Source: Chrysomallon squamiferum (Eukaryota > Animalia > Mollusca). Taken from it: 64,000 nucleotides of DNA. Each line of letters starts with the position of its first letter. The first letter of the stretch is position 1. The stretch lies in NCBI GenBank assembly GCA_012295275.1, contig CM022672.1, positions 15,686,001-15,750,000 of the forward strand, given 5' to 3'. The position numbers were made by a program, and so were the translations under genes. The notes beneath the pieces are model-generated. The model saw only the letters and a list, made by a program, of their open reading frames with translations, did no database searches and was not told where the DNA came from. Below are positions 13,425 to 26,523 of this stretch, piece by piece.

Positions 13425-16400
13425 AGCAATATGAAAGTGGGTAAGCAACACAGTATCTAACTCTTTGATCTATAGTGAAACCTCTCCCATTAGGACTGTC
13501 ACCTAACTGGAATATCCTCACAACCAAATAATTCCTGTAGTTCCATGATTTATCAGGTACTAAAATCTCTTACTCGGTCACAACTCTATTTGGTTGTGAA
13601 AAGTTTCCTGTGAAATCTATGAGCATTTTGTTGAAAAATGTTCAGAAATTCTGTTACATATTCACTGGTTTGCATGTACCTAGATGAATAAATATGTCTG
13701 ATAACAATAAATTGAAGTTTACCTTTGGCTGTCTTATTAACTTTAGATTTCTTTGAAGATGATGATGTTCCTCTTGAAGATAATCTGTTTGGAGACCTGC
13801 ATTCTTCAGCTAATGTTTGAAAAAAAAAAAGTACCCATGTGAAATTATGTTAACGTGATATTTCTCAAAACTATTTTAAAGAGTACCTATAGCTATATGG
13901 ATAAATGGTTTGATAAAATAACATTTAAGTATCATACTTCCAAGTTATACTGCTTAGGATGACTTTTCATCACTCCTAACAAAGTATGACAGTAAAATGA
14001 TACTGCTATAAAAGATGTAAATGCAGCCACATTTGAGGCAGGCTGATAGCTGTATTTTTCTGACGAACTTTACAGCAAACTTTGTACCTAATGACATCTG
14101 AAATGGAAGCACCCAGATATTTTTTATATTGTAATCTTTCGTTGTTATCTTCCTTATTAATTAGAATTAGAAAGACAAAAAAAAGACACAAAAGAACCTA
14201 ACCTTAAAACATCTTGACAGTATGCAGAATAGGTTTCAGACTATTCCTTTCTAATATCATATGTAGATTTTAATGATCTGAAGAATAATTGCTTTTCTTC
14301 CCCCCTTTTTAATATACAGAACTTCTAATATTAATGAATTTAAAATTAGATGGTATTTTGTTTTTCATCAGAATTACAATCTATGAGGTTCAAAGATAAA
14401 CACTGAAATGCTTAGTATTTACCAATAAGCACAATAAAATAATATGCAAATGATAAATTTATTTCTCCATTTTGTTGTAAAACAAAGTGTTAGACCTAGT
14501 TTTTACCTTTGCTCTAATAATAACTTGTCCACTTTAAATATTTTACAGCATTTACAATTATAAAGATAATTTATTTTCTACTTAGAAATACAAAAGGTGA
14601 ATCAGGTCAACATCAAATGTAATTACATTTATAAAGGAATAACTAAAAATGCTGGTGCAGAATTTCAGTAGGTGTAAAGATACATGATGCTAATTCATTT
14701 AACAAATTAAGGTCACCAGAACAGCTATATATACCACAGATGAAACAAAACTTCCAGAAAAATGTTTGTACTTAAATAACAAAAGCATGAAATTGATGAA
14801 TAATTGATAAAATGTGGAAAGATGTCTTATTTTGGGGTTTTTTAAGGCAGCAACAATAAAACATAAATTGTACACTGAGATGTTTCAGGTAAGCTTGGTT
14901 ACGGACTACTCTATTATATCAATTTATAACTTATAACAATAAGAGAATGCTTACCTTTCAAAGCCATTAATCCAGATTTCTTTGGGGTTTTGAACTGGAA
15001 AACATTACATCCTAGTACAGCATTGTCAACCAAACTTCCGACATCCAGAACTGAAACAAAAACTAAATAATGAATAAGAATTTAAACGTAGCATTACCAG
15101 GCACCAGTTTAATTAAAATGGAAATATTTAAAAAACGGGATTTTTCCAATGACTTTTGGTTCAAATTAAATGAAAACAAAAAAATATCAGAACTAAAATG
15201 AAAAATTTATACTGAAAACATAACAGCAATAAGAAATGAATCCATGTTAAGATGTATAACTGGCAAGTTACTTGACGGATTACTTGCCTATATTGATGGT
15301 GTCACAGGCTACATACACAAATCAACTGTGCAAAGGCGTGTGAAAGCAGGTAGCCTTCACAACTATGCAAAAAACTTAAAAAGAAATTTTCACAAAACAG
15401 TTCAGACTCTCAAATTCAGCTTCTGATAGTGTGAAAGTAAATCGTAATGTTACATGTTTTAATTCCATTGGAAAATTTGAAAAAACCCCAGTAAAGAACA
15501 ATATAAGAATCATTGCAATACAGCATTGTGGTTGGTTATGCAGGAGAGACCTATGTCTGACTACCAGTCCCTGATTGCCTTACAGAAGAATGGGGTGCAG
15601 TTTATAAGTGGGAAGGACAATGACCACTCATGTAGGGACTTTGTTCACAATTCTGCCCAAGCAATGAGAGATGATATCAAACAGATGATACAATGTGCCA
15701 ACTTTATGTCAGTTGAACAAGATGGCAGAGAAGCTTGCAAAGTTAAGGACGAAAAAGAATGAATTTATGTGAAGATTATAGCAAGGGGCCAGCCTGTTGA
15801 ACTATTATTTAAATGTCAAAAAATGAGCAATTTCAGTGGAGTAATTGCATAGAGTGTCAAACCTGCTATAGATGATGCTTTCCATGATTATGACTTTACT
15901 GGTGAAAAGAACACATAATGTTTTATTTGTGCTTGTGCAGATGGAGAAAATGTTAATGTTGGTAAACTGAATGGTGCTCTAACTGTAATGAAAACTGAAG
16001 GCAGGGAATGGTTGCTAATAAATCATTGCTCTGCACACAGAATTGAACTGGCTGTCAAAGATGCATTAGTTGAAATTGGTGACTTTGTAAAAGTGGATGA
16101 CATGATGCTGAATCTGTTTATGTTTTTCAAGACTAGTGACATGTGTTGGAAAATATTGCTACTTATTGCAGAACAGTTAGGGGTTCTAGTACAACATATA
16201 CTGAAAGCTTCTGGTACACGATTTCAAATTCATAACTATAGAGCCATCAAATCTATGATCATAAACTTTTTGTTTCTATGTTTACTTGCAGAAAATATGA
16301 TACAGGCTTCAAGCAAAGTTTGCGAAAGGCTAAACTAATGGAGTACCTCAACACATGACTGACTTACGGGTATCTGGCATATATGCATCTTTACAGACTC

Positions 16401-19400
16401 ACTCTGAAACAAACTGCCCATTTGTCAGAATGCAACTCCATTAGATGAATTCAATACACTTGCTGCTGTTGATAGTGATCTGCCATTTCCAGTTCCTCTC
16501 AGCAAAGATGGTCTCGAGGCAACCAACCTTACAGCAAGTGTAAGATTCAAACAAGACAATCAGCTGAGTAACAAGCAAAAACAACAAGCTGAAAAAGTTG
16601 TTACTACAATAAAAGAAAAGTTTGTTCTCAACAATGTTCACCAGCAAAAAAAGACTGTGAAACATATAAGAACAAAACTGATCCCAGCAATTTTAACACA
16701 GCTGATTAAATGACTGGATTCTTTCAATGACCCTATCTTCAAGGCAATGAAAATAGCTGATCACATTCATTGGGATATATCTGATCTAAAATATGGCTTG
16801 GAACAAATTAAACTGTTATCTAAACATTTTGCTAAAAGCCTAGCTTACCACAACTTTGCCCTAGATATGGCTATTGCTTGATACAATGAGAACAGTGATA
16901 TGGATAAATAACAAATATTATACTGTTCACCATGCATATGAGAATTGGAGGATTCTTGTAAAAAACCCAAAGTTTTAACATTGAAATACTCCAGGTTCTT
17001 GAAAACAATAAGCTAGACAGACTTTCAGAAGCTCAACATCTATCAGTAGTGTCATCCAAGTTGTTTTACAATGGATACCATTTCACTGTGACATACCTGG
17101 AAATCAGAATGAAGACAGACTGGCAAAACTAGGTGCAGGTAATGAACAGGAAGATAACTGGGTGTCATATGAAGAATTGAAATCACATATTAAATCTCTC
17201 TATAGACTTACCAAATGAACCGATGACTATCACCTATGAACAAGTTACCATTTTCCAATTAAGGACTGGACATAACAGGCTCAACCAGCAATATGCATTA
17301 GAGATTTTGTATGGTATCTTCTTTTATGCAGTGTAAAATTTCGTCATCCAAGGGCCCATTAACATCTTGCCTAACAGGCCTAACACCTGCATTTCAACCT
17401 GCCCTGTTACTGACACAAAAATATTTCTTGAACAATGCACGATGCTGAGTATATATGCCACATATGTGAAACAGAACATGAAGACCATTACCCGAGGCAG
17501 GTTGTGATCATCAAGAAAAGTCTTGAACCCCTGGGGATCGCCCTTATTATCATTAAAGCGGAGTTTGTTCATCTATACAATGATGTTTGAAGCACAGCAA
17601 TCATTTCCCTTTGCACCTCCTTCATATTCCTTGAGTGCTGATCTAGCTTTTGTGGCTATGGAGTCCAAAGTGTGCAAATGACAGTTTAACTCGTTTAAAG
17701 TCTTGGCCCAGGAAACATTCACTAGCTGTATTGCAGCATGGTTTGCTGCACACCGATCAGTAAGACTGTTGGTTATGTTTGAAATTAATCCCTGGCATAT
17801 GGTTTGATAGTCTTAATCAAAGAAATGACAGTACACTATGGCAACGTTATCAACTGAATCACAGATAGTGATAGTCATTGGCTGTACCTTCAGGTAACTG
17901 ATCGGCAGCAACAACATAGCAATCAGCATGGGTGGTGATGTGTATGCTGTTTAAATGAATGCCATCTTGTGTCGTGACATCGAAGTCAGTTTATGAGTCG
18001 TTGTTTAAAATAGCTTCTGCAGTTTAAAGATCACTTATTGCCCCAAGTTCTCTTATTATTGCTTCTACTGTGGTCTTGTGTGGAACAACAGTTATGGTTG
18101 TTCCAGAGCGAATGGCAAACTTTCTAATCAGAGATGGTATATTGTTCATTGGTACTTGAACAACAATAGCATTGAAAACTTTCATTCTCATTTCAGGAGA
18201 ATAAGTCCTTCCATCAGATTTGGTTTGTTTAACAAAACCCTCCAGCTCTTTTACCCAGTCTTTTAGCTTTAGCTTGTCATCCTGGAGCTGGAGGATTTCC
18301 TCCTCCCTTTCTGCCAGTTTCGTTTCCAATGCTTCCACTCTTTCATCATCAGTCTGGGATGCAGTTTAATGCAGTTTTTATTTTATCGTATTTCTTAATT
18401 CACTGGTGTTTCTTTTTTAAAGTGGATATAATTTTTGTAGCTTTTCAGATCTTTGTCAAGAGCAGAAGAGTCCAACTGCAATTTTACTTTAGACAACTGC
18501 ACTTCTTTTCTCTTGATTTTTTTATTTAGTCTCTTTACTGATTCATACCTTCTCTGTTTGCGCTTGGCCATCATATTCCTTACCTTAATCCAGTTCTGAC
18601 ATTTTAAGAGATCCTGCTTGGATTGGGGGATATTCTTTTGCACTTCAAGCTAGGCTCCTGTCAGATTTCAATATAAATTCACATATAGCAAAATAAAATG
18701 TTGTTCTACCTTAGATTTTCCTCCGATATCGAAATTGACCAATTTTAACATGTTGAATACGAGAACATTTTTCGAACTGTCCTCTGAAACAAACCAATTG
18801 ACCGAACTGAAAAATTGGAAAATGAGTGAGTATACGGGAGTTTCCCACTAATTATACCATCAGGGATAACCGAAACTCCCAGCCCCTGACCAATGAGAAG
18901 CAATTTATGCAAAGACACCACTCGCCATTGGGAGACCCAGGTCACATGGATATAGCACAAAATGGCGGACGCAGTTCAGGCAGTAATACACATACCTACA
19001 GTTTAAAAATAGCATTGTCATAAATGTATGAACAATCCAGACATCTTCTGATGGTACAATACATCATGAGCAACACATTTACGACTAGTCTAACTATTTC
19101 TCAACTTTCCTAAATTTTGAATAACTAAACCAGTGGATCAATGGGGGTGCAAAATATCTATCTGCAACATCTACTCAATAAAAGCATGCAACTGAAACTT
19201 CTTTTAATATTATATTATTTTTATTATCTCTAAAATAAACTGCCTACAACAAACATTATTTTAAGTCCCACAGCGTGCCCAGTTTTAAAGAACAATCCAG
19301 ATACCTTCTGATGGTCCAATCACGTGATCTTCATCACTGCTGTCATCAACCACGTCAGTTTTTTTAGACCTGATTGCCTGTGTAGAGTAAGTAATCTTTT

Positions 19401-20069
19401 TTTTGTGATGCCTGACTAAAACAGAATAAAAATTAATATATAATTAAGAAATATTTGATATAATTTAATTTAAAAATAATTAATCACTTTCTCCACAGAT
19501 TCTGAAGGAAAAATACTGGCGAATTTTATTCAGATAAAATATCGTAACTTTTTTTTCATATTAATGCCACCAAAGACATTATTATTATATTTATTAAATT
19601 ATTATTTTACTTCTCTCTCTCTTTCTGACGATATATAATTTTTACAGGAAAATTATATTTTTGAAAATATTTGTCACGTACATAATTATGGTGTATTTAT
19701 TTAATAAATGAAACTGATTCCAAGACAGAAAATTTTAATAATTTAGAAAAAAAAGAAAGAAAGAAAAAGCCTAAGGTAACGTGAAATATCATTAGAAATT
19801 TATTTGACATCTATACATACAACAAGGAAAGAAAAAGAAAATCTGTGATTCTATCATGTCAAAATCATGAAAACATAAAGACGGCACATTAAATATGATA
19901 TTTTGCTTATGATTTTAAAATTTTAGTAACAAATGTCACACTATTTGGATCTGACACATCACCTGAACATACCTTGACTTTTACATTCCTGATAAATAAT
20001 ATGTTTAACAACATCGTCGTCTCCAGCAAACGTCACTTTAACATTGGACAACTTTCTCGCAGGTGGCAT
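8244..20069 (-). CDS. ORC2: Origin recognition complex subunit 2, 13 coding exons, 540 aa
   Basis: Exons 20069-19973, 19415-19305, 15050-14955, 13809-13723, 13008-12901, 12379-12276, 11840-11635, 11077-10945, 10312-10213, 9846-9703, 9433-9200, 8830-8712 and 8327-8244. All GT-AG and phase-consistent (1623 nt). ORC2 hallmarks: [76 protein letters not shown]. Confidence 0.96.
12371..12640. repeat. 27-bp tandem repeat (9 full units plus 1 partial) spanning the ORC2 exon-6 acceptor
   Basis: Unit catcatcatctgacaaacatttatata. The minus strand reads as DDDVYKCLS repeats, each containing an ag|ATGATGAT junction. Confidence 0.95.
15244..16880 (+). mobile_element. Decayed hAT-superfamily (ZNF862-like) transposase in ORC2 intron 2
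   Basis: Fragments [52 protein letters not shown] (CxxH motif) and KASGTRF, broken by stops and frameshifts. Confidence 0.8.
16983..17310 (+). mobile_element. Non-LTR retrotransposon fragment (RNase H C-terminus of an I-group-type LINE)
   Basis: From 17057 the frame reads [27 protein letters not shown] (cf. RNase H WIPxHxGIxGNExADxLAK). Downstream it reads [16 protein letters not shown]. Confidence 0.75.
17324..18760 (-). mobile_element. Decayed DDE-type DNA transposase (CxxH class; superfamily unassigned) in ORC2 intron 2
   Basis: ORF pieces 18395..18643, 18024..18338 and 17324..17572. Intervening frames read [24 protein letters not shown] and [13 protein letters not shown], with stops and frameshifts. 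Confidence 0.65.
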
Positions 20070-20079
20070 GTCGTTAGAA

Positions 20080-20087
20080 AATGGCGG
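20080..20087 (-). promoter_or_regulatory. YY1-like CCGCCATT motif just upstream of the ORC2 start codon
   Basis: Plus-strand aatggcgg about 10-20 bp 5' of the ATG. Confidence 0.35.
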
Positions 20088-21536
20088 GTTTTATGAAAAG
20101 CTCTTATTTGAAGAAGATATATAAAACCATACGGAAAACAATTACGGTTTCAGCTAAAACTCGGAATGTAATTTGAAACAATCCGTTGAAGGATAAAAAA
20201 AGCGAAATTAAATATTTGTAAATATAGTATTTTGTCTATTCCTTCTCGGCCGAGGTTTAACTCATATTCTTTTCTTGTTTTGTTACTATTATTTTTTTTT
20301 TTTTTAAAAAAAAAAAGGATGTAATATTCTGACATTAAAAAAAAAATTGACTTTCAAGAGAAAAATACTTTCATATATTTCTGTTGTAAAGTTTTTGTAT
20401 AACGTGAGGAAAAATCTGTCAGAAGTACTGTCATTACTTATTTTATAAAGTATAAATTGGTTTTCTTAAATTTTTTTTCTTAATACACTTTCTAGCTGCT
20501 AGAGCGATTGGTAGCGTTTCTCAGCTCATCATCAAGATAACCTGCAGTATTTTTAAAAAAATTATTTGTTTTTATTGCATTTCTGTTTTTAAAACTGTTT
20601 GAGGGTTTAAGGAAAATCATTAATTAATCTGTATTTAAGCATGAGATACCAGAATATATTTGTTATTGGCACAATCTTATCTGGACCCCAAGATACAGAT
20701 ATTTATTATGGTTCTTTACTTGATTTCTTCAGTTGTATGGACTGATTTGCTGTTCATCAGGTCTGTCCCAACCCATCTTGCAAAGACACCATGAAATTTG
20801 AAACAAGACTGGGCAAACAGAAGAGATGGGAAGACAATATCAGATTTGGAAAAAATGACACCCTATTTTTAATTTTTGTTTTGTATAGTTGCTTTGATAA
20901 AAAAAAAAAAAATTAAAAGTACTTTTGAAAATACGGTTTATTCATGCAATATTGTTACATAGATATATATTAACATATAGCATCACTCAATCACTTGGTT
21001 TTGCTTAACAAAGTACAGTATTATATCAGAGTTTAGTATTACACATATACACATACATACACACACATATACGTACATACATACATATATATGCACACAC
21101 ACAGAGTCAATTCAAACATAGCACAAGATACATATGTGTGTGTGTGAGTATATATATATATATATTGCGCAAGGACTTTAAGTCTAAACAAAGTGAAAGG
21201 AACCTGAGATACATTCATGGTGTTTAAGTATCTTTACATTATGCTTGATGATTTTTTATCAGTCCATTACAATAAGGTAATCAATTAAGTGCTGCTTACG
21301 AAAACAATTCGTAATTGAACCTGTGACTTCCCACTGAGCAGTTCTGTTACAAGCAGATATATTTCTTATAAATACCAGTGAAAATATCACTAACTTTCAT
21401 TAGAAAATTCTCCTGTCCCTGAACCCATCCCTGGCGATCCCAGAGATCGGATCCGAGATAGGCGTGCCTGAACCTTGAATTGGATGTGGGCACGTAAAAA
21501 GAGTTTCCATACCATACCATTAGAAAACTGTTCACG

Positions 21537-21850
21537 ATGGAAGTCATAACTAGCAACAAAGGTGGTCAACAGTTAATATTCAATGGTTTCATATACACGA
21601 AACAGATAACTAAGCCTCATAACATAAGGTGGCGATGTGTACAACGCACTACTGACTGTAAGGCAACCCTAACCACAACCTTGGTTATTGATGATCAAAA
21701 GTTAATTGCAGCTCATAACCATGATCCATCGGAAACAAAAGTGGCAGATGTCAAGTGCTGTTCTCAGATGAAGAGCAAGCCAAGAAAAGTTTCGACAAGC
21801 CAAGCCAGACAGTAACTGAAGCCATGAGTCAAACTGAAGGAATTGCCAGG
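21537..21850 (+). mobile_element. MULE/Mutator-like transposase 5' remnant with FLYWCH zinc finger
   Basis: MEVITSNKGGQQLIFNGFIYTK...RWRCVQR..CKATL....HNHD fits the FLYWCH pattern. The frame shifts and truncates shortly after. Confidence 0.78.
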
Positions 21851-22122
21851 GGGTAAATGCCCTAGAATTTCATCTTTCACTCTGAAGTGTTTGCGCGCAT
21901 TTCAAAACACAAGAGTAACCATTGGTATGTTCTGGTATTCTTCAATTTTGTCGAAGAATTGTTTATTAATAAAAATTAATGATAATCTACTGTGAATTAT
22001 TATGTCGACATTTTACATTTTCTTAACTAAAATGTTAAATTATTATTATTAGTACTAATTATCGTTTTCATATTTTGCAGTTTATTTTGTATATTTTTAT
22101 TGATTTGATTTGATTTTATTCC

Positions 22123-22124
<2 letters not shown>

Positions 22125-22160
<36 letters not shown>
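22125..22160. repeat. (CA)n microsatellite
   Basis: Seen directly. Confidence 0.9.
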
Positions 22161-22163
<3 letters not shown>

Positions 22164-23921
22164 GATTCATCTTCGATATACCGAAATAACAATATTATTT
22201 ACTCAATATTTAGAGAATAAAATATTTTTAGTTTCCTTTTTGTCATCCTTTTTCTCCAGTTCATATCTGGAGTTAAGAACCTTTTACTAATATTTTATTA
22301 TCTCGTTAATCAGCTCTTCAGTAATTACTCTTTGTATTTTTATGGCTATTTACATATACGTGCTTGTGAGGTTTCGTCAATGGCGAAACCTACAAATAAA
22401 TATTTAAGATTTAGAAAATAAAATATTCTTAGTTGCTTTTTGTCCAGTTGACAAAATGTGTGTATAAGGTAATTACTTTCTTGTTGGAGATAACTCGTTT
22501 TAACGTGAGCTTTGAACTGTTTCAGCCTTTTCAAACTGGAGAATATAATTAATTTTTCTTTTTTTGCATGCTCACTGACTATGATGTTTCGCTGTAAATA
22601 TATTTCTTTTTACAATAAGTCATATATAAGAGAAAAAGGAAATTAAGTATAAAAAAAACACACCATTAACATAATGTTTTTAATGTTATTAACGTGCAAG
22701 TCTAAATTTAACTTCACTTTTTATGATTTATTTTTTTCTTCTTATTTTTTAAATTAACAATATTAATTTACAACTGTTGTAAAAGCACAAAAAATACGTT
22801 TGGATCCACTGAAACAGAGAATGACCCTTTACCCAGATTGAACTAGTAATAAGTTATTCAATTTCCCTAAATTTTCTAACGCATTTGGGTAATTTCATTT
22901 AAGTATTTGAACTGCCACTTTCAAATGCACCTATCTACGTTTTCTACTTGTCTGAGACTCTTATCTTTTTAGTTTCTTCTCTGTTGAAGCAAACATCAGG
23001 GGACAAACACATCTGCCGATATTTAAAATAAAACAGTTCATAAATCGTGCTAACAAAATAAAGACAGTTATTACAGTTATTGTGTTAGTATCAGAGTGAA
23101 TGTATTTATCTTTTAATTCATTGTAGATGTCAGTATTTAACTAGTACTTTTTGAAAAAACGATAAGAAATAATAATAATAATAATAAATAAATAAATAAT
23201 AAAAAATAAAAAATAATAATAAAAAAATAAAAAATAAATAATTATATATTGACATAACTGTTACCTGGATTGCTAAAATTTGTTTAAAAAGACCCCCACG
23301 AATTATATAAAATTCAGATTAATTTGTTATAATGCTCTAGTGACTATAACCAGCCTTTTGAACCTGGAGGAAATCACACACATGTGAACTGTTATATAAT
23401 TATCGTTACCTTGTATTCTTTACATTGTTATTACTGTTGGTGTTGTTGTTGTTGTTATTCTTTTAGCCAATGTTATTATCGAGAAAAAAAATGTATGATT
23501 TTGTGTAGAGACTGCAGATAGTAAATGTTTCTGTTTGATAAGTATAAGCAGGATAAACGGATAGAACACTGAATAGATCGGTAGGTGTAGATAGAATAGA
23601 CGTGCAGATAAATATAATAGATAAAGAAAGAAAGATAATAGATAAAGTTTCTGAAGCTCACAACCTATTCTGTATTTCCGATGATACTGCTGGCTCCTAT
23701 AAAATAAAATAAAAATTCCCCCATTTTCTTAAACGTTCTTGGGATGTTCCACCAGAATATGGAGACATTCCACTTCGAAAATTTGATACCATTTGTTTTG
23801 TAACTTTCTTCTTTTTGTTTCTTTGTTGTTTTGTTTCATCTTGTAAATAGATTTTTATCTGTGCATTTTTGTTTGTTTGTTGTTTTTGTTTTTTTAAATT
23901 TATTTATTTATTGAATTATTA

Positions 23922-23978
<57 letters not shown>

Positions 23979-24587
23979 TTTATTTTATTTTATTTTATTT
24001 TTGTGAATTGAAATAAATATTAATTTAATCTTGCCTCAAAGATTTATTCGGAATTACAAATTACTTCCCGGCTTTCTAAAATTTTATGATTAAAATTTAT
24101 TATTATAATTATTAATGACGAAATTATTAATATATACAGAAATCTATTTTTATCGAACTAATGTCGTAATCGAGATCTGTGCGTGTGCAGTTTGGATGCT
24201 GCAGTTGAAATAAATGGTTTCTGAAAAAAAAAAAAAAAAACAAATAAAAAACAGAACAACAAACAAAACGCTCTCGTCGCACGCTTCGCACGCGCCCGGA
24301 CAGGATACACCATTACAAATTATCTTTTTTTTTTTTTTTTTTCTTCCCCCCCCCCACGCATTTAATTCAACAGATTACTTTCATCGCGAACAATAATAGA
24401 AATGCGGTCTATCTATCGATATCTGTATATAAATATTCCATCTCCTTTGATTTTCAAATTAATTCAGGATAGTTAGACTGAGATATCACTATACAAAGTA
24501 CTATCATCACCCCACCCCCTTTGCAACAAGAGGGATTAAGAACTTGAAAATAAACAACAGTAAACAGTTCTTGTTTTGTAAATGCGG

Positions 24588-24750
24588 CACGTGGTTCAAA
24601 CATTGACGTCAGTTAGGTTTTACGTGACGTATATTTAACACTGACAACGTGTATGGGCATATAACTATCGGTCAGAAATTCTCAGTCAATGTCAGTCAGT
24701 TTATAATATCTACAAATGTTATTTGAGTCTTATAATGTGAGATCTGTAAG
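24588..24750 (+). promoter_or_regulatory. Orphan promoter-like motif cluster
   Basis: E-box CACGTG at 24588, perfect CRE TGACGTCA at 24604, TGACGTA near 24625, repeated TCAGT initiator-like motifs at 24682-24700, and a gtaag donor at 24746. Confidence 0.35.
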
Positions 24751-26477
24751 AAGTGATGAAAATAAACGGATGAGCTGTGATGAATTTCATTCGCCCTGAC
24801 GCTTTTTCGGAACGGCAGCGACTCATTCCGGATGTGTGCGTGTTTTATGCTAATACTTTTTATTGTTAGCATTTTGTTACTGCTAAATTTGTTTTAATTC
24901 TTTAATCAAAATTGTGGTTGTAAATCTACAAATTGAGTGGATGTTTTAATGCATTATTTTTAATATGTGGCTATTACTAGTAATTTGTTTACTCTTATTA
25001 TATTATAAAACAATAAATATCTGAATAAAGTATATAACTGAATTTATCATTTGTTTTACTATATTTAATTTTCAAGGTTTGTAATTCTTACATATTATGT
25101 CTAGTTATGGTGCTAAAAATATAACAGAGGACAATTTGATAATAATCCACGACAGCAAACTTCCTCTAAAGAATTTAAAAATTACATACTAATCTCAGTT
25201 ATAAGGATCATTTAATAACGTTTCTGTTTTACGTTTTATCTCAAAATATTAATACCCAGATTACGTCAGACATCAACCATTCTTGTGAGAATCATTCCTA
25301 GCACATTCATTCAGAATGATTTTTGAAAGCAACATCTTCTTCCTAATTTGAATTTAAAGATAATCAGAAATTATGTTATTGTTTTATAAGTGATTAATAA
25401 GATCTTTTTTGAAATAAAGTATATGAAAGACATTATTTTAAAAGTAAAAGCCATTATGGCATTTTTGCTGAATTTTTATTTGATGAAAATGAAGAATGTC
25501 AATTTCAAAACCTGTTTTCCCATGTTCTCAGTTTTTTGTTAGTCATATGGCAAAATAAAATACAACTACATAATTGCCAAAGAAAATAGTATTCATGAAA
25601 CAGTTTTCAGGAAAATTCTTTAGGTTTATATGACTGGAGCTGGTGATCAACGTCCATATACATGGGTGTGTAAAATCCAGGTATTGATAACTGCCAGTTT
25701 ATTGAAGAATTCTTATTTTAACCACAAAGCTTTCCCCAAGATGTGTGGGGATCACTTAAATTATTAATACGAATTCTGTCGATTGGCAGGAGAACCATCT
25801 ATAGAGACAAGAAGTATTGTAGGGGTTTACCGATCACTATTAGCTAAAGGGAATTGTGAAACCTGGCTACTGATTTGACATACAGCTACTTAATTATAAC
25901 CAATTATGGAAAGAAATGTTATTAAGATTTATGCTGCACACACTATTTGACAGAAGGATAATTTAAATCTGGTAAATGATTTTAATCCAAATTTATCTAG
26001 CAATAAGGTATGTGTACTGATTCAGAGAATGAGGAATCACCGTAGCATCTTCACTGGGAAGAAAGAAAATAGTTTTATTATTGAAAAGAACTGACCCTCA
26101 TCAGAAAACAAACTGTGAACATATTGAGAAACATTAGCAAGCAGTGCTAATAATAAATTGATCTATAAAATCATGATGATGATGATGAAGCCAGAAAATA
26201 TAGGTAAAGTAATAAGATTAACATACATGAAGCTTGGTGATTGATTTATTGTAAAACAAAGTGGAAACTCTAGCCTGAGCGTTTGTAGTTTGTCTACTAA
26301 ACCTCTTTATTATTCTTTGGCTTGGCTGTTATTTAGTGTGAATACAGTAACCATTAAAACTGAACAATTATTCTTACAGTCAGTTAAACAGAGAAAAATA
26401 AAATCAGATGTCTCTTTCAGATCACAACGCACACACATTAATATTTATTAGTGAAACGTTTACCATCATTCAGTTTA

Positions 26478-26523
<46 letters not shown>

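Noticed and set aside
21537-21815. FLYWCH ORF as a trans-spliced cassette (mod(mdg4) isoforms use FLYWCH)
   Set aside because: It has its own ATG and no phase-0 acceptor with a pyrimidine tract (the TAG at 21523 is out of phase). It frameshifts after the finger, so a MULE relic fits better.
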